From positions 3,072,001 through 3,136,000 of the forward strand of contig OY969811.1 of assembly GCA_963703315.1 (NCBI GenBank): a stretch of DNA of 64,000 nucleotides. Direction: 5' to 3'. The notes beneath the pieces are model-generated. The model saw only the letters and a program-made list of their open reading frames with translations. It was not told the origin of the DNA and made no database searches. Shown piece by piece: positions 17,650 through 28,318 of the stretch (positions within the stretch are counted from its first letter, which is position 1; the number at the start of each line of letters is the position of its first letter). This DNA is from an uncultured cyanobacterium (GTDB lineage Bacteria > Cyanobacteriota > Cyanobacteriia > Pseudanabaenales > Pseudanabaenaceae). The position numbers were made by a program, and so were the translations under genes.

Positions 17650-18900
17650 ATGACATTAACCTATGAAAAGACTTTGGCAGAGCGGGTCAGAGCAGATTTT
17701 GAGATTTTGAATCAAGAGGTCAATGGTAAGCCCCTTATTTATTTTGACAATGCCGCCAGTTCGCAAAAGCCCAAAGCCGTAATCGATGCATGGAAATATT
17801 ATTACGAGCATGACAATGCCAATGTGCATCGCGGCGCACATACTCTCAGTGCCAGAGCCACCGATGCATACGAGGGAGCGCGAGAAAAAGTTGCTAGATT
17901 TGTGAATGCCAAGTCATCGCAAGAAATCATTTATACCCGTAATGCCAGTGAAGCAATAAATCTAGTTGCCTATACTTGGGGCTGGGCAAATCTGAAGACA
18001 GGTGATGAAGTTATTCTCTCAGTCATGGAGCATCACAGTAACATCGTTCCTTGGCAGTTGATTGCTCAGCGTACAGGTGCAGTCCTCAAATTTCTAGAAC
18101 CAAATGAGCAGGGAGAATTGAGTGTAGAGCAGTTCAAGTCCTTCCTGAATGCCAAAACAAAACTGGTGTCGCTTGTTCATGTTTCTAATACTCTCGGCTG
18201 CGTCAATCCAGTGGAAGCGATAATTCCTCTAGCCCATGCTCAGGGTGCGAAGGTGTTACTGGATGCTTGCCAGAGCGTTCCCCATATGCCGATAGATGTA
18301 CAAGCTCTAGATTGCGATTGGCTAGTAGCTTCAGGGCATAAAATGTGTGCGCCTACGGGAATTGGTTTTCTCTATGGAAAGCGTGACTTGTTGCTGGAAA
18401 TGCCGCCATTTATGGGTGGTGGCGAAATGATTTCTGAAGTATTTCTCGATCATTCTACCTACTCAGGTTTACCTCATAAGTTTGAAGCAGGAACCCCTGC
18501 GATTGGCGAAGCGATCGCCCTCGGTGCGGCGGTGGATTATTTAACAGCTATCGGCATGGATAAAATCCACGCCTATGAACAGGAATTAATTAACTACTTG
18601 ATGGATTATCTTGATGATATTCCCGACATCAAGGTATATGGGCCTCGTCATCATCGCGCAGGTTTAGCCGCCTTCACGATCGCGCATGGTATTCATGCCA
18701 ATGACCTATCGGCGCTACTAGATCAAGATGGAATCGCCATTCGGTCTGGACATCATTGCACACAGCCCTTACATCGCTTTTTAGGACTTAGTGGCACGGC
18801 AAGAGCCAGTGTCTATTTCTATAACACCAAAGCAGAAGTAGATACCTTTGTAGCTTCCCTAAAAGATGCGATCGCCTTTTTTAAAAGTGTCATGGCATAG
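17650..18900 (+). CDS. sufS: SufS-type cysteine desulfurase
   Basis: [22 protein letters not shown] (PLP Lys), RSGHHCTQP. Confidence 0.95.
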   Translation: MTLTYEKTLAERVRADFEILNQEVNGKPLIYFDNAASSQKPKAVIDAWKYYYEHDNANVHRGAHTLSARATDAYEGAREKVARFVNAKSSQEIIYTRNASEAINLVAYTWGWANLKTGDEVILSVMEHHSNIVPWQLIAQRTGAVLKFLEPNEQGELSVEQFKSFLNAKTKLVSLVHVSNTLGCVNPVEAIIPLAHAQGAKVLLDACQSVPHMPIDVQALDCDWLVASGHKMCAPTGIGFLYGKRDLLLEMPPFMGGGEMISEVFLDHSTYSGLPHKFEAGTPAIGEAIALGAAVDYLTAIGMDKIHAYEQELINYLMDYLDDIPDIKVYGPRHHRAGLAAFTIAHGIHANDLSALLDQDGIAIRSGHHCTQPLHRFLGLSGTARASVYFYNTKAEVDTFVASLKDAIAFFKSVMA

Positions 18901-18904
18901 ACCT

Positions 18905-19468
18905 ATGGTAAGACTTATTCTATTAGGAGCTTCAGGATCGGGACGCACTACCCAAGCTTTGCGACTTCAGGCTTTGCTGAATATTCCTGTGATTTCAACT
19001 AGCGAAATTTTACGATTAGAAATTAGCACAGGCACAAATTTAGGGATAGAAGTTCAAAAATTTTTAGATGCAGGTGAACTCGTTCCCGATCTATTGATGA
19101 TTGCTCTGATGCGATTGCGACTTGGGATGGAAGATGCTCAGCGTGGATGGATTTTAGAAGGCTATCCGCGTACTGCTTTTCAGGCAGAAGAGCTAGATTT
19201 TTTGTTGCATGAGTTGGGCTGTCCTGTTGATCATGCGATTTATCTCAAAGCTTCTCAAGAAGTGTTAATGCAACGATCTCTATCGCGTGGTGGCTCTGAT
19301 GACACAATGGAAATCATCCAGAAACGGATTGAGCAATTCTTTGAGATGACTATTCCTCTCTTAGAATATTACGGTTATAAGCAGAAACTCCTAACAATCG
19401 ATGGTGATTGTGATGTAGCCACAGTCGGCACTCATCTAGAACATGGCATTAACCATTTACTTCAATAG
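18905..19468 (+). CDS. Adenylate kinase-like protein with atypical P-loop (start probably 18905)
   Basis: RLILLGASGSGRTTQA, GELVPD, GWILEGYPRT. Confidence 0.8.
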   Translation: MVRLILLGASGSGRTTQALRLQALLNIPVISTSEILRLEISTGTNLGIEVQKFLDAGELVPDLLMIALMRLRLGMEDAQRGWILEGYPRTAFQAEELDFLLHELGCPVDHAIYLKASQEVLMQRSLSRGGSDDTMEIIQKRIEQFFEMTIPLLEYYGYKQKLLTIDGDCDVATVGTHLEHGINHLLQ

Positions 19469-19482
19469 AACCTCTAGCCTTT

Positions 19483-20592
19483 ATGAGCCTTAGCCCAAAC
19501 CCAGAAAGAGCCTACTGGCTAGCATGGTCACAAGTACGTGGTATTGGACCAGTTTTAATCAAGCGGCTGTACCAAGCTTTTGGCTCAATGTCAGAAGCTT
19601 GGAAAGCCTTGCCCAGTGATTTACAAACGATCGAAGGTATCGGTGGTCAAACTCTAGAAACCATTCGCCAAGCACAACGGGAAGTGGAACCTCTGTCTCT
19701 ATTGGCAGTACATGAACACCACAATCTCAATTTCTGGACTCCCAGCGATCGCGAATATCCGCAGTTACTTTGGGAAATTCCCGATCCGCCGCCAATTCTC
19801 TATTATCACGGTCATCTCACTCATTGGAATGAACGCAATACAGTAGCGATCGTCGGTACACGCAACGCTACCCCCTATGGCAAGCGCTGGACTAAAAAAC
19901 TTGTCGCCGCCTTAGCCAATCGTGGCTTTACGATCATTTCGGGGATGGCAGAAGGTATTGATGGTGAAGCTCACAAGGCTTGTTTGGAAGTTGGCGGTCA
20001 AACCGTAGCCGTGGTGGGTACAGGAGTCGATCGCATTTATCCCCATAAGCACAAGTCTCTCTATGACCAGATTGTCGCTTCAGGACTAGTCATCAGTGAA
20101 TATCCTCAAGGCACTCCCCCCGATAAAACCCATTTTCCTGCCCGCAATCGGATTATTGCAGGACTCAGCCGCGTCACTCTCGTATTAGAAGCCCCAGAGC
20201 GATCAGGAGCCTTAATCACCGCCTATCAAGCCAATGAATATGGACGTGATGTCTATGCTCTGCCAAATTCACTAGAAGTGAACGAGGCAAAGGGTTGCTT
20301 GAAATTATTAGGTAAGGGCGCTCAGGCGATTTTGGGTGTGGATGAGTTATTGGAAGCTTTGGGAATGTTGCCGAATTTGGATCAGCCTAGTCCTGCGATC
20401 GCGATTAAAGAACTTCCTGTATTGCAACAAAATATTCTCCAAGCGATCGGTTTTGGTGATCCTGTAGGCTTAGATTGGATTGTCGAGCAGGTCAAAGCAC
20501 CTTCTGGCGAAGTTTTAGGGGCGCTTACCCATTTAGAACTTGTAGGGGCGATCGCGCCATACCCTGGAATGCGATACCAACGTTTAGTTTAA
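19483..20592 (+). CDS. dprA: DNA processing protein DprA
   Basis: VAIVGTR, IISGMAEGIDGEAH, FPARNRIIAGLS, SGALITA. Confidence 0.95.
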   Translation: MSLSPNPERAYWLAWSQVRGIGPVLIKRLYQAFGSMSEAWKALPSDLQTIEGIGGQTLETIRQAQREVEPLSLLAVHEHHNLNFWTPSDREYPQLLWEIPDPPPILYYHGHLTHWNERNTVAIVGTRNATPYGKRWTKKLVAALANRGFTIISGMAEGIDGEAHKACLEVGGQTVAVVGTGVDRIYPHKHKSLYDQIVASGLVISEYPQGTPPDKTHFPARNRIIAGLSRVTLVLEAPERSGALITAYQANEYGRDVYALPNSLEVNEAKGCLKLLGKGAQAILGVDELLEALGMLPNLDQPSPAIAIKELPVLQQNILQAIGFGDPVGLDWIVEQVKAPSGEVLGALTHLELVGAIAPYPGMRYQRLV

Positions 20593-20781
20593 GAAATTTT
20601 TTGAAAGCGCCGCTTTGCGTATACAAGAAGTAATTGATAATTATCTCTAACTTTCTTGCTTAATGCATAATTTTCAAACTTATTAAACTGAAATAGTTAG
20701 TTGTTTTTAGTCTGTCTAACTAGATGTTTATATACCAACTAACTTGACATATTTGCTTTATAGTATGCCTTGAAAAATAAG

Positions 20782-20994
20782 TAAGTAGACTTAATTAAAT
20801 ATATAGCTATAACCAAGCAAGTTAAAACATAAAACCCAAAAGAGAGTTGCGGCGCGAAGCGCCGCAACTCTCTTTTGGGTTTTGGTTCCGTCCTAACATA
20901 ACTGACTACAACTATAAAAGCCTAGAACTTATGACAAAGGCTGTGCTTGCGCCATAGGTTTTAGATCTGGTTCTTAATTATACTGAGCTACTTA
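20782..20994. mobile_element. TAAGTAG...CTACTTA MITE carrying a nested TATAGC-family MITE (20802-20916)
   Basis: Outer part aligns to 25084-25187 once the inner part is removed; inner part aligns to 41989-42093. Confidence 0.7.
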
Positions 20995-21186
20995 GTAGCT
21001 GTAATATGATTTATATAGAGAAAAACTGATATAACTCTCTAAATTTTTACTTCTCATTGATCAGCTAATTTACTTACCCTAAAATATGTTCAATACTTGA
21101 CACTATAGGCTAATCTTAAGACTAAGTGATGTGAGTGTAATTGCTTGTCTTAACAACAAGCAAATCTTTATAAGTAACAGCAAGCT

Positions 21187-23181
21187 ATGAGCGATCAAGA
21201 TCAACAAAAGAAACCAGAAAATATTAGCGATCGCGTTGAAGAGACTCCCGATCTCCAACAAAAGTCCAGCTTCCGCCCTAAACTCCGCTATGTACTAGTC
21301 ATGTTGTTTATGGGGTTAGTCCTAAGTGGGGCAGCCGCAAGAACTTGGCAGATGGTCGGTAAGCAAAAAACATCCATAGAACCAATCTCTCAAAATCCTA
21401 ATGATCCAATAAAACTCTTTGATCGCAATGGCTTGCCGCTTTTAAATCCGCAACCACCTAGTGATGCGGAGGTATGGGAATGTGATGTGGCAGTTGTTGG
21501 CGGCTCGTTAGGTGGTGTAGCCGCAGCATATCACTCGATGAAAACTGGAGCTACTACTTGTTTAATTGAGCTTACACCAATGCTAGGTGGTCAAGTTAGC
21601 TCACAGGGAGTCAGTGCGATCGATGAATCACTATTGATGCGCTATCGTCAGCAATTCCCCCTCAGTTGGACACATTTCAAAAATATTATTGCCAGCCAAC
21701 CAGCATTGCCAGATAAATATTCGTATTTGAAACCGGGGGCAGTGGTTGCAGATACGAATAGTTGCTGGGTTGGGAATCTCTGCTTTACGCCCTATTCAGG
21801 GGAATTAGCATCTGAAGAATTTTTGCGTGAGGCTCAGCGCTCAGCACCCAAGAGTCGGTGGGAAACCCAGATCGCCTTTAAGGGAGCTAGCTTTAATGAA
21901 AAAGGCGATCGCATTACCGCAATTCATGCAGTCAAGAGGATTCCCCTCGACCCCAACTATTTACCCCAAGGGCGCTTATCTCGCGAATTAAAAAGTTGGT
22001 TTAACTGGAACTCTGACGAAACCTTTAATAAAAAGCCAATCCGTTTGCAGCCGCCTGCTGGCAAACAAATGATAGTTATTGACTCTACCGATACTGCCGA
22101 ACTGATTGCTTGGGCAAATTTACCGCATCGCTTAGGAGCAGAAGGATTTGGGACAAATGGTGAAGTTCATGCAGTAGCTGACAATCCCGAATGTACTCAG
22201 GCATTTACTTTTCCCTTCGTCCTCAAAATTGCTGATGATGAAGGGCGATCGCTGAAGGAATTACGCAAAGTCCAACCGGGGTATTCTCGTGAAGAACATC
22301 GCAAAGATTATGACTTAGGCAGATTTCCGATGTTTGAAGGCAATAGTGTATTTAACTATCGCCGTATTGTCAGCATGAAACGGGATGACCCATTTAAAGC
22401 GACTCCTGCTAAAGGGGATATGACCGTGATTAACTGGAATCGCGGTAATGATTGGGGGATTATGAATCCACCTTTAATCTTGACTGACAAACAAATTCGT
22501 GACTCTGGTCAACAGCAAAACTGGCTCGGCGGTCTCAATACGACAGCACTGAAAGATGGGGAAAATCATGCCCTCTTATTTGCTGAATGGTTAATGGAAA
22601 AGTACGCTTCTCCTGAATTTCCATTGCGGATGATGTCAGGACCTGATAGCCCGATGCCAACCGATTCTGGGCTGAGTATGTATCCCTATATTCGTGAAGG
22701 TCGTCGCATTATCGGACGAGCCGCCTATGGTCAGAAAGAATTTATTATGCGTGAGCAAGATATTCGCAATGACATGGAAGATGGTCGTGACTTTACAAAA
22801 ACCTCGATTGGGCTGACTCACTATGCCATTGATATGCATGGTTGTCGCTATCGCAATTGGGAACCATCTAAATCGCCCAGTGCAGCTCCTGCTAATGAGG
22901 ACAAGGTAAGACCGATTATTCTGCCCTTTGAAAGCTTGATTCCGCAGCGTATCGATAATTTGCTGATGGGTGGTAAGGCGATCGCTGTTAGCCACATTGT
23001 TAATGGGGCAACGCGCATTCATGTGGGAGAGTGGTCAGCAGGAGCCGCCGCAGGAGCCGCTGCCGCTTGGATTGCCCTACAGGATGACCCAACTTTGACT
23101 CCGCAGGCAATTCTTGAGCGCGGTAGGATTGGCGAATTACAAACCCTATTAAAATCTCAAGGCACGATACTGCAATGGTAA
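21187..23181 (+). CDS. FAD-dependent oxidoreductase with N-terminal TM anchor
   Basis: DVAVVGGSLGGVAAA, LGGQVSSQGVSAIDE, YPYIREGRR, LIPQRIDNLL. Confidence 0.85.
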   Translation: MSDQDQQKKPENISDRVEETPDLQQKSSFRPKLRYVLVMLFMGLVLSGAAARTWQMVGKQKTSIEPISQNPNDPIKLFDRNGLPLLNPQPPSDAEVWECDVAVVGGSLGGVAAAYHSMKTGATTCLIELTPMLGGQVSSQGVSAIDESLLMRYRQQFPLSWTHFKNIIASQPALPDKYSYLKPGAVVADTNSCWVGNLCFTPYSGELASEEFLREAQRSAPKSRWETQIAFKGASFNEKGDRITAIHAVKRIPLDPNYLPQGRLSRELKSWFNWNSDETFNKKPIRLQPPAGKQMIVIDSTDTAELIAWANLPHRLGAEGFGTNGEVHAVADNPECTQAFTFPFVLKIADDEGRSLKELRKVQPGYSREEHRKDYDLGRFPMFEGNSVFNYRRIVSMKRDDPFKATPAKGDMTVINWNRGNDWGIMNPPLILTDKQIRDSGQQQNWLGGLNTTALKDGENHALLFAEWLMEKYASPEFPLRMMSGPDSPMPTDSGLSMYPYIREGRRIIGRAAYGQKEFIMREQDIRNDMEDGRDFTKTSIGLTHYAIDMHGCRYRNWEPSKSPSAAPANEDKVRPIILPFESLIPQRIDNLLMGGKAIAVSHIVNGATRIHVGEWSAGAAAGAAAAWIALQDDPTLTPQAILERGRIGELQTLLKSQGTILQW

Positions 23182-23222
23182 ACAAATAGAGGGGCGGCGC
23201 AAAGCGCCACCACTCTATTTGT

Positions 23223-23543
23223 TTACGTTTGAGGCTTACTGAAGAGAGAAGTAAACACTTGCTTAATCGTTAGTAATACTAATCCCAAGGCAATTACCCC
23301 AAAAATCATGGTTGCACCTGTACCGATCGCCAACAATGCGGTGCGAACCAGCGTCGCCACCCGATTAGCAAGGGTATTTGTGGTTTGTAGAGGTGCGGAA
23401 GCAAGCTTGTGTGCCACCATATTGGTAAAAGCATAGAGTCCCGTAGCAAGAGTGGCAGAGATGAGCGCTCCTGTGAGGTTTTTGAAGGGAGAGGGTGATG
23501 CTTCGGGAGAGGATGGAGATGGAAGTCTGGCTTCTTTAGACAT
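23223..23543 (-). CDS. DUF3082-like small membrane protein (start probably MSKE at 23543)
   Basis: Hydrophobic segments, NLTGALIS...VRTALLAIG; upstream ORF extension lies in a repeat. Confidence 0.6.
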   Translation of the reverse strand: MSKEARLPSPSSPEASPSPFKNLTGALISATLATGLYAFTNMVAHKLASAPLQTTNTLANRVATLVRTALLAIGTGATMIFGVIALGLVLLTIKQVFTSLFSKPQT

Positions 23544-23897
23544 ATAGAGACTGGCAAAATATAATACTAATTTAAAAAATGGCGTTGCCATCTTTTAAAC
23601 TTCAAAACCTTACTAGGTTTATTTTTTAATTTATTGAAGTGTTGACTCACTTCAGTGAATTGGGATAAAAGCATATAGAGGTGCGATACACTTCTATATG
23701 CTTTTAGGTATTGCGACTAGTGATCGCAAAAAAATCATTAAAAGCGGTAAAAATCTTAATATCTTTGACCACAAAATGATTTAAGATATCGGCACTCAAC
23801 ACAAAAATGCTAGTCCCACTGGAAGCAGTGGGATTTTTTTTTGTACTTTTATCATTGCACAAAATGTTTGTGTGGTGCGATAACAAATTTAGAGAAG

Positions 23898-23975
23898 TAA
23901 GTAGCTAGGCGCAACGAAATATAAAACCAAAAAAAATGTGGCGCACGCGCAGCGTGCGCCACATTTTTTTGCTCT
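23898..23975. repeat. Partial TAAGTAG-family palindromic MITE
   Basis: taagtagctaggcgcaa..aaatataaaacc followed by aaaatgtggcgcacgc-gca-gcgtgcgccacatttt. Confidence 0.7.
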
Positions 23976-23992
23976 GAATCATCAAAGAAGAA

Positions 23993-25012
23993 TTAGATTG
24001 AATAATCTAGAGGGAAAGACTTAGTATCTTTAGGTTCGATATGGACATACTGCTGTGGTTGTAACTTCAACTCATCAAAGCGATCGCGCGTAATATGAGC
24101 AGTTAAAACCTGTCCATCACCTAGCACCAACTCAGCTTGGACTTCCCAACCAAGATGGATCAGGCGATTGATTCGTGCTGATACAGATGTGTTAGTTGGT
24201 TCAGTCTCAATTAAAATATCGCGAGGACGAATGTACATATCCTCTCTAACATTATGAACTTTATGAAGTTCACTATAGCGATCGCTATTTGCGGGAAGTA
24301 CATTCACAGAACCAATAAAGCTCATCACAAAGGGAGTCGCGGGATTGTCATAAACGTTCGCAGGTGAGCCAATCTGCTCGATTTTGCCTTTATTCATCAC
24401 CACGATTTCATCAGCTACTTCCATTGCCTCTTCTTGATCATGAGTTACAAATACAGTAGTTACGTGAACTTCATCATGAAGACGACGTAGCCATGCCCGC
24501 AAATCCTTACGGACTTTAGCATCTAAAGCTCCAAAAGGCTCATCAAGGAGTAATACACTTGGCTCTACAGCTAAGGCACGAGCGAGAGCAACCCTTTGGC
24601 GCTGTCCACCTGAAAGTTGAGAAGGATAACGGTTGCCTAAACCTTTCAACTGGATTAGTTCTAATAATTCTTCAACGCGATCGGCAATTTTGGCTTTAGG
24701 CTGGTTACGAATTTCCAAGCCAAAGGCGATATTTTTGCGGACAGTCATGTGCTTGAAAAGCGCGTAATGCTGAAATACAAAGCCAATGTTGCGATCGCGC
24801 ACATCTTGATCGGTAGCATCCTTACCTGTGAGAAAGATTTTTCCGTGATCGGGAGTTTCTAGACCTGCAATTAGTCTTAAGAGGGTAGACTTACCAGAAC
24901 CAGAAGGACCTAATAACGCAACCAATGAGCCAGTTTTGACTTCAAGATTGATATTGTCTAGGGCTAAAAAATCACCAAATCGCTTATTTACATTCTCTAC
25001 AACAATGCCCAC
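23993..25012 (-). CDS. cysA: Sulfate/thiosulfate ABC transporter ATP-binding protein
   Basis: [44 protein letters not shown] start. Confidence 0.93.
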   Translation of the reverse strand: MGIVVENVNKRFGDFLALDNINLEVKTGSLVALLGPSGSGKSTLLRLIAGLETPDHGKIFLTGKDATDQDVRDRNIGFVFQHYALFKHMTVRKNIAFGLEIRNQPKAKIADRVEELLELIQLKGLGNRYPSQLSGGQRQRVALARALAVEPSVLLLDEPFGALDAKVRKDLRAWLRRLHDEVHVTTVFVTHDQEEAMEVADEIVVMNKGKIEQIGSPANVYDNPATPFVMSFIGSVNVLPANSDRYSELHKVHNVREDMYIRPRDILIETEPTNTSVSARINRLIHLGWEVQAELVLGDGQVLTAHITRDRFDELKLQPQQYVHIEPKDTKSFPLDYSI

Positions 25013-25083
25013 GTTGCACTTGCCTCAATTAAAAAAATCTAATTAAAAAATCTTATTTTGACTTCATCGACTTTGTACATCGT

Positions 25084-25187
25084 TAAGTAGCTAAGCGCAA
25101 TTAAATATAAAACCCCAAAACCTGTGGCGCACACTGCGCGTGCGCCACAGGTTTCGGCTCTGGTTTTTAATTATGCCCAGCTACTTA
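25084..25187. mobile_element. Complete TAAGTAG-family MITE (104 bp)
   Basis: TIR TAAGTAGCT / AGCTACTTA with internal palindrome aaacctgtggcgcac...gtgcgccacaggttt. Confidence 0.75.
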
Positions 25188-25353
25188 ATGATGTTGCATT
25201 CACAAAACCACAGTTAACCTGTGTATTTACCGTTGATTACATATAATCATAATACACTCTAATTTGCCTGATTGACTGACAAATCTTACCCACAAATAGG
25301 CAAGATGCCCGTTCCACTAAAAGCGTGGCACTAATCGCCATTTTTAGTTTTGG

Positions 25354-25450
25354 TAAGTAGGCGGGTTTAATTCAGATTTAAAAGCTATAACACAGGCTGT
25401 GCCTGTGTTATAGCTTTTAAATCTGGGGTTTAATTATGCCGAGATACTTA
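25354..25450. mobile_element. TAAGTA-family MITE with a different central palindrome
   Basis: taagtag...cagatttaaaagctataacacaggc-tgt-gcctgtgttatagcttttaaatctg...ttaattatgccgagatactta. Confidence 0.65.
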
Positions 25451-25571
25451 ATAACATGACAGTAAATTACGATTTATCGCTAAAGTGGATACATAGAACA
25501 CCGACAAACTATTGAGAAATTGTGGGGAATTGTGGCTCGTCTTCAAGAATTTTCACAATTTCCTGTAATTT

Positions 25572-27128
25572 ATGATTATGAGACCAACTGCATTTATTCC
25601 AATCACCGTATTCATACTTACTCTTGCTTTGCTAGGGTGGGGATATTTTCGTTCCCGCAAGTTTGGCAAGCTGGGGTTACTGTCTTGGCTACAATTTGTT
25701 TCCCTAATGTCGCCTTGGCTAGTTTACTTTGGCTTGTTTGTGTCAGGTGTTTTTATAAATTTCACAACGCTATTATTTTTATTAGTTAGCTCGACGATCG
25801 CCTATGTCCTGATTGGCAATCAATTGCGTAAGGTTGCCTCAGTCGAGAGAGAAGCGATCGAGCAGAAATTAAGACAGGATCTGGAAACGTCGGGAGAACA
25901 ACTCAACACTGCCAACAATCCAATTAATAACTCACCCATTAATTCGCCTATTGCGATCGCGATGTCGCAGGGTAAGACACAGCTAAAACTGTTTAAGGCT
26001 TTGCCTATGGAGGATCTCAAGTTAATCCAAGGAATCTTTGGCATTGAAACCTATTACGTTACCGAAACAATTCCCTATCAAGAGGGAGTAATTTTAAAAG
26101 GTAATTTGCGGGGAGAGCCTGATGTGGTACACGATCGCTTGACCCAATCCCTAAGCGATCGCCTCGGTGACAAATACAATCTGTTTTTAGTGGAAGGTCA
26201 AGATCGTAAGCCTGTCGTGATCGTGCTGCCTAGTCGAGCTATTTTTAATAATGATACGATTCCTCAAAAAATATTAATTGCTGTATTAATTTTTGCCAAT
26301 ATCTACACATCGCTCAGTTTGGGAGCTTTAGTTGCAGGGATTCCTGTAGTCCAAAATCCTCAAGAATATTTAGTAGGATTACCCTTTGCTCTGGGTATTG
26401 GTGCGATTTTGACATTACGCGAGTTGTCGATGCGATGGATGGCAGGCAAATATAAGGTGAAGATGAGTTTGCCATTTTTACTACCTTCTTCACAGTTAGG
26501 TTCCTTTGGCTCATTTAGTCGCATTGTGTCCCCCTTACCGAACCGTGTCGCCTTGTTTGATATCGCGATCGCCCCAGTAGTGGTGAGTGGATTGTTATCT
26601 TTGGTGCTGCTGCTAGTGGGTTTACAACTTTCAGCGATCGGGATGGGAAGTATTGATATTCCTAGCCAAATTTTCCAATCATCAGTACTAGCAGGAACCT
26701 TAGCCAAACTATTTCTCGGTGAGGCATTACATTCTAACTTTGTCTCAATTCATCCGTTAGTTGTGTTGGGATGGCTCGGCTCCACCATTACGGCGCTAAA
26801 CTTAATGCCCGCAGGACAGCTTGATGGCGGCAGGATTGTGCAATCTATGTATGGACGAAGGACGGCTAGTTGGACGACGGTAGTGACATTGGTTTTCTTA
26901 GTGATTGCCACAGTGATTAACCCCTTAGCACTTTATTGGGGGGGGATTGTCTTAATTCTGTTGCGAGATTTGGAACGTCCGATGTTGAATGAGCTTTCAG
27001 AACTTGATGGCGATCGCGAAGCTTTGGGAATGGTAGCTCTATTTTGGATGCTAATCACTCTATTACCACTTACCTCTGGTGTCGCTGAACGACTAGGTAT
27101 TGGTAGTGTTGGTGGACTCTTACCATAA
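25572..27128 (+). CDS. Site-2 protease (M50, EGY-like) homologue lacking HExxH
   Basis: LKGNLRG, LFDIAIA, LNLMPAGQLDGG; LRELSMR at the expected HExxH position. Confidence 0.85.
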   Translation: MIMRPTAFIPITVFILTLALLGWGYFRSRKFGKLGLLSWLQFVSLMSPWLVYFGLFVSGVFINFTTLLFLLVSSTIAYVLIGNQLRKVASVEREAIEQKLRQDLETSGEQLNTANNPINNSPINSPIAIAMSQGKTQLKLFKALPMEDLKLIQGIFGIETYYVTETIPYQEGVILKGNLRGEPDVVHDRLTQSLSDRLGDKYNLFLVEGQDRKPVVIVLPSRAIFNNDTIPQKILIAVLIFANIYTSLSLGALVAGIPVVQNPQEYLVGLPFALGIGAILTLRELSMRWMAGKYKVKMSLPFLLPSSQLGSFGSFSRIVSPLPNRVALFDIAIAPVVVSGLLSLVLLLVGLQLSAIGMGSIDIPSQIFQSSVLAGTLAKLFLGEALHSNFVSIHPLVVLGWLGSTITALNLMPAGQLDGGRIVQSMYGRRTASWTTVVTLVFLVIATVINPLALYWGGIVLILLRDLERPMLNELSELDGDREALGMVALFWMLITLLPLTSGVAERLGIGSVGGLLP

Positions 27129-27164
27129 ACAAAAAGCGGCGCATCGCGCCGCTTTTTGTTTATG
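27124..27164. terminator. Perfect 19-bp palindrome spanning both stop codons of convergent genes
   Basis: cataaacaaaaagcggcgc-atc-gcgccgctttttgtttatg. Confidence 0.8.
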
Positions 27165-28110
27165 ATCTGAATTCTGCAAAAATCTTATTGAGAATATCTT
27201 GAGCGCCTTTGTCCTTAAGTTGATGAGCTAGCTCCATACCAATTTGATCAGGCTTTGTCAATTCACCTGTCACTTCTCCTTTCACAAAAGTCTGACCATC
27301 GAGGCTAGCGACAATTCCTTTTAGAGTAAGCTGATCGCCATTAATGGAAGTATTCACACCGATGGGAACTTGGCAACCGCCTTCTAGTTCACGCAAGAAG
27401 GAACGCTCTGCTAGACAGCGTTGGGTGGTCGGATAGTGGATAATTGGTGCAAACAAAGCCAAGATTTCAGGATCTTCGGCACGACATTCGATACCCAATG
27501 CACCTTGTCCAACGGCATGGAGCGAGATTTCTGGATCAATCACTTCGTGGACGCGATCGCCAAATCCTAGACGCCGTAAACCTGCGGCAGCAAGAATCAG
27601 CGCATCATACTCACCTGAGTCTAACTTTTGTAACCGAGTATTGAGATTACCGCGTACATCTTTAAATGTGAGGTGAGGATAGTAATGACGCAACTGAGCA
27701 AGGCGACGTAATGATGATGTGCCAACAACAGTACCAGCAGGTAAGGTGGCAAGGGTTTTGTCCTTTAGCTTTTCATGGACAACTAAGGCATCGGCGGGAT
27801 CTTCCCTCTCCGTAATTGCACCGAGGATCAGCCCTTCAGGTAAATTAGTTGGTAAATCTTTAAGACTATGTACGGCAAAGTCTGACTCTTTCGTCAGCAT
27901 TGATACTTCTAATTCTTTGGTAAATAAGCCCTTATCACCAATTTTAGCAAGAGCTACGTCAAGGATTTTATCCCCCTGTGTACTCATGGTAACAACTTCA
28001 AACTGGTGATCGGGGTGTGCTTTACTTAGTTCCGCTTGTACCCAATGCGTTTGTACCAGTGCTAGCTGACTTTTGCGAGAACTAATGCGAACTGTTGAGG
28101 ATGCAACCAT
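27160..28110 (-). CDS. hemC: Hydroxymethylbilane synthase
   Basis: [45 protein letters not shown]. Confidence 0.97.
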   Translation of the reverse strand: MVASSTVRISSRKSQLALVQTHWVQAELSKAHPDHQFEVVTMSTQGDKILDVALAKIGDKGLFTKELEVSMLTKESDFAVHSLKDLPTNLPEGLILGAITEREDPADALVVHEKLKDKTLATLPAGTVVGTSSLRRLAQLRHYYPHLTFKDVRGNLNTRLQKLDSGEYDALILAAAGLRRLGFGDRVHEVIDPEISLHAVGQGALGIECRAEDPEILALFAPIIHYPTTQRCLAERSFLRELEGGCQVPIGVNTSINGDQLTLKGIVASLDGQTFVKGEVTGELTKPDQIGMELAHQLKDKGAQDILNKIFAEFRS

Positions 28111-28318
28111 AGGACAGACTAATTAATATAAAAAATAACAGTATTTAAAGGTGGGTAAGGACGGCGCTTTGCGCTGTCCTTGCGTAATTAAAAGCACTAT
28201 TTTCTATTCAAACAGGTTTTGCTACGGTTTCTATGCGATCGCCTAGTTGCAAAATGTAAAGAATTCTTACATGAAGTATTAAAAACTGATGACGCAAGCG
28301 CAGCTTGCGTCATCAGTT

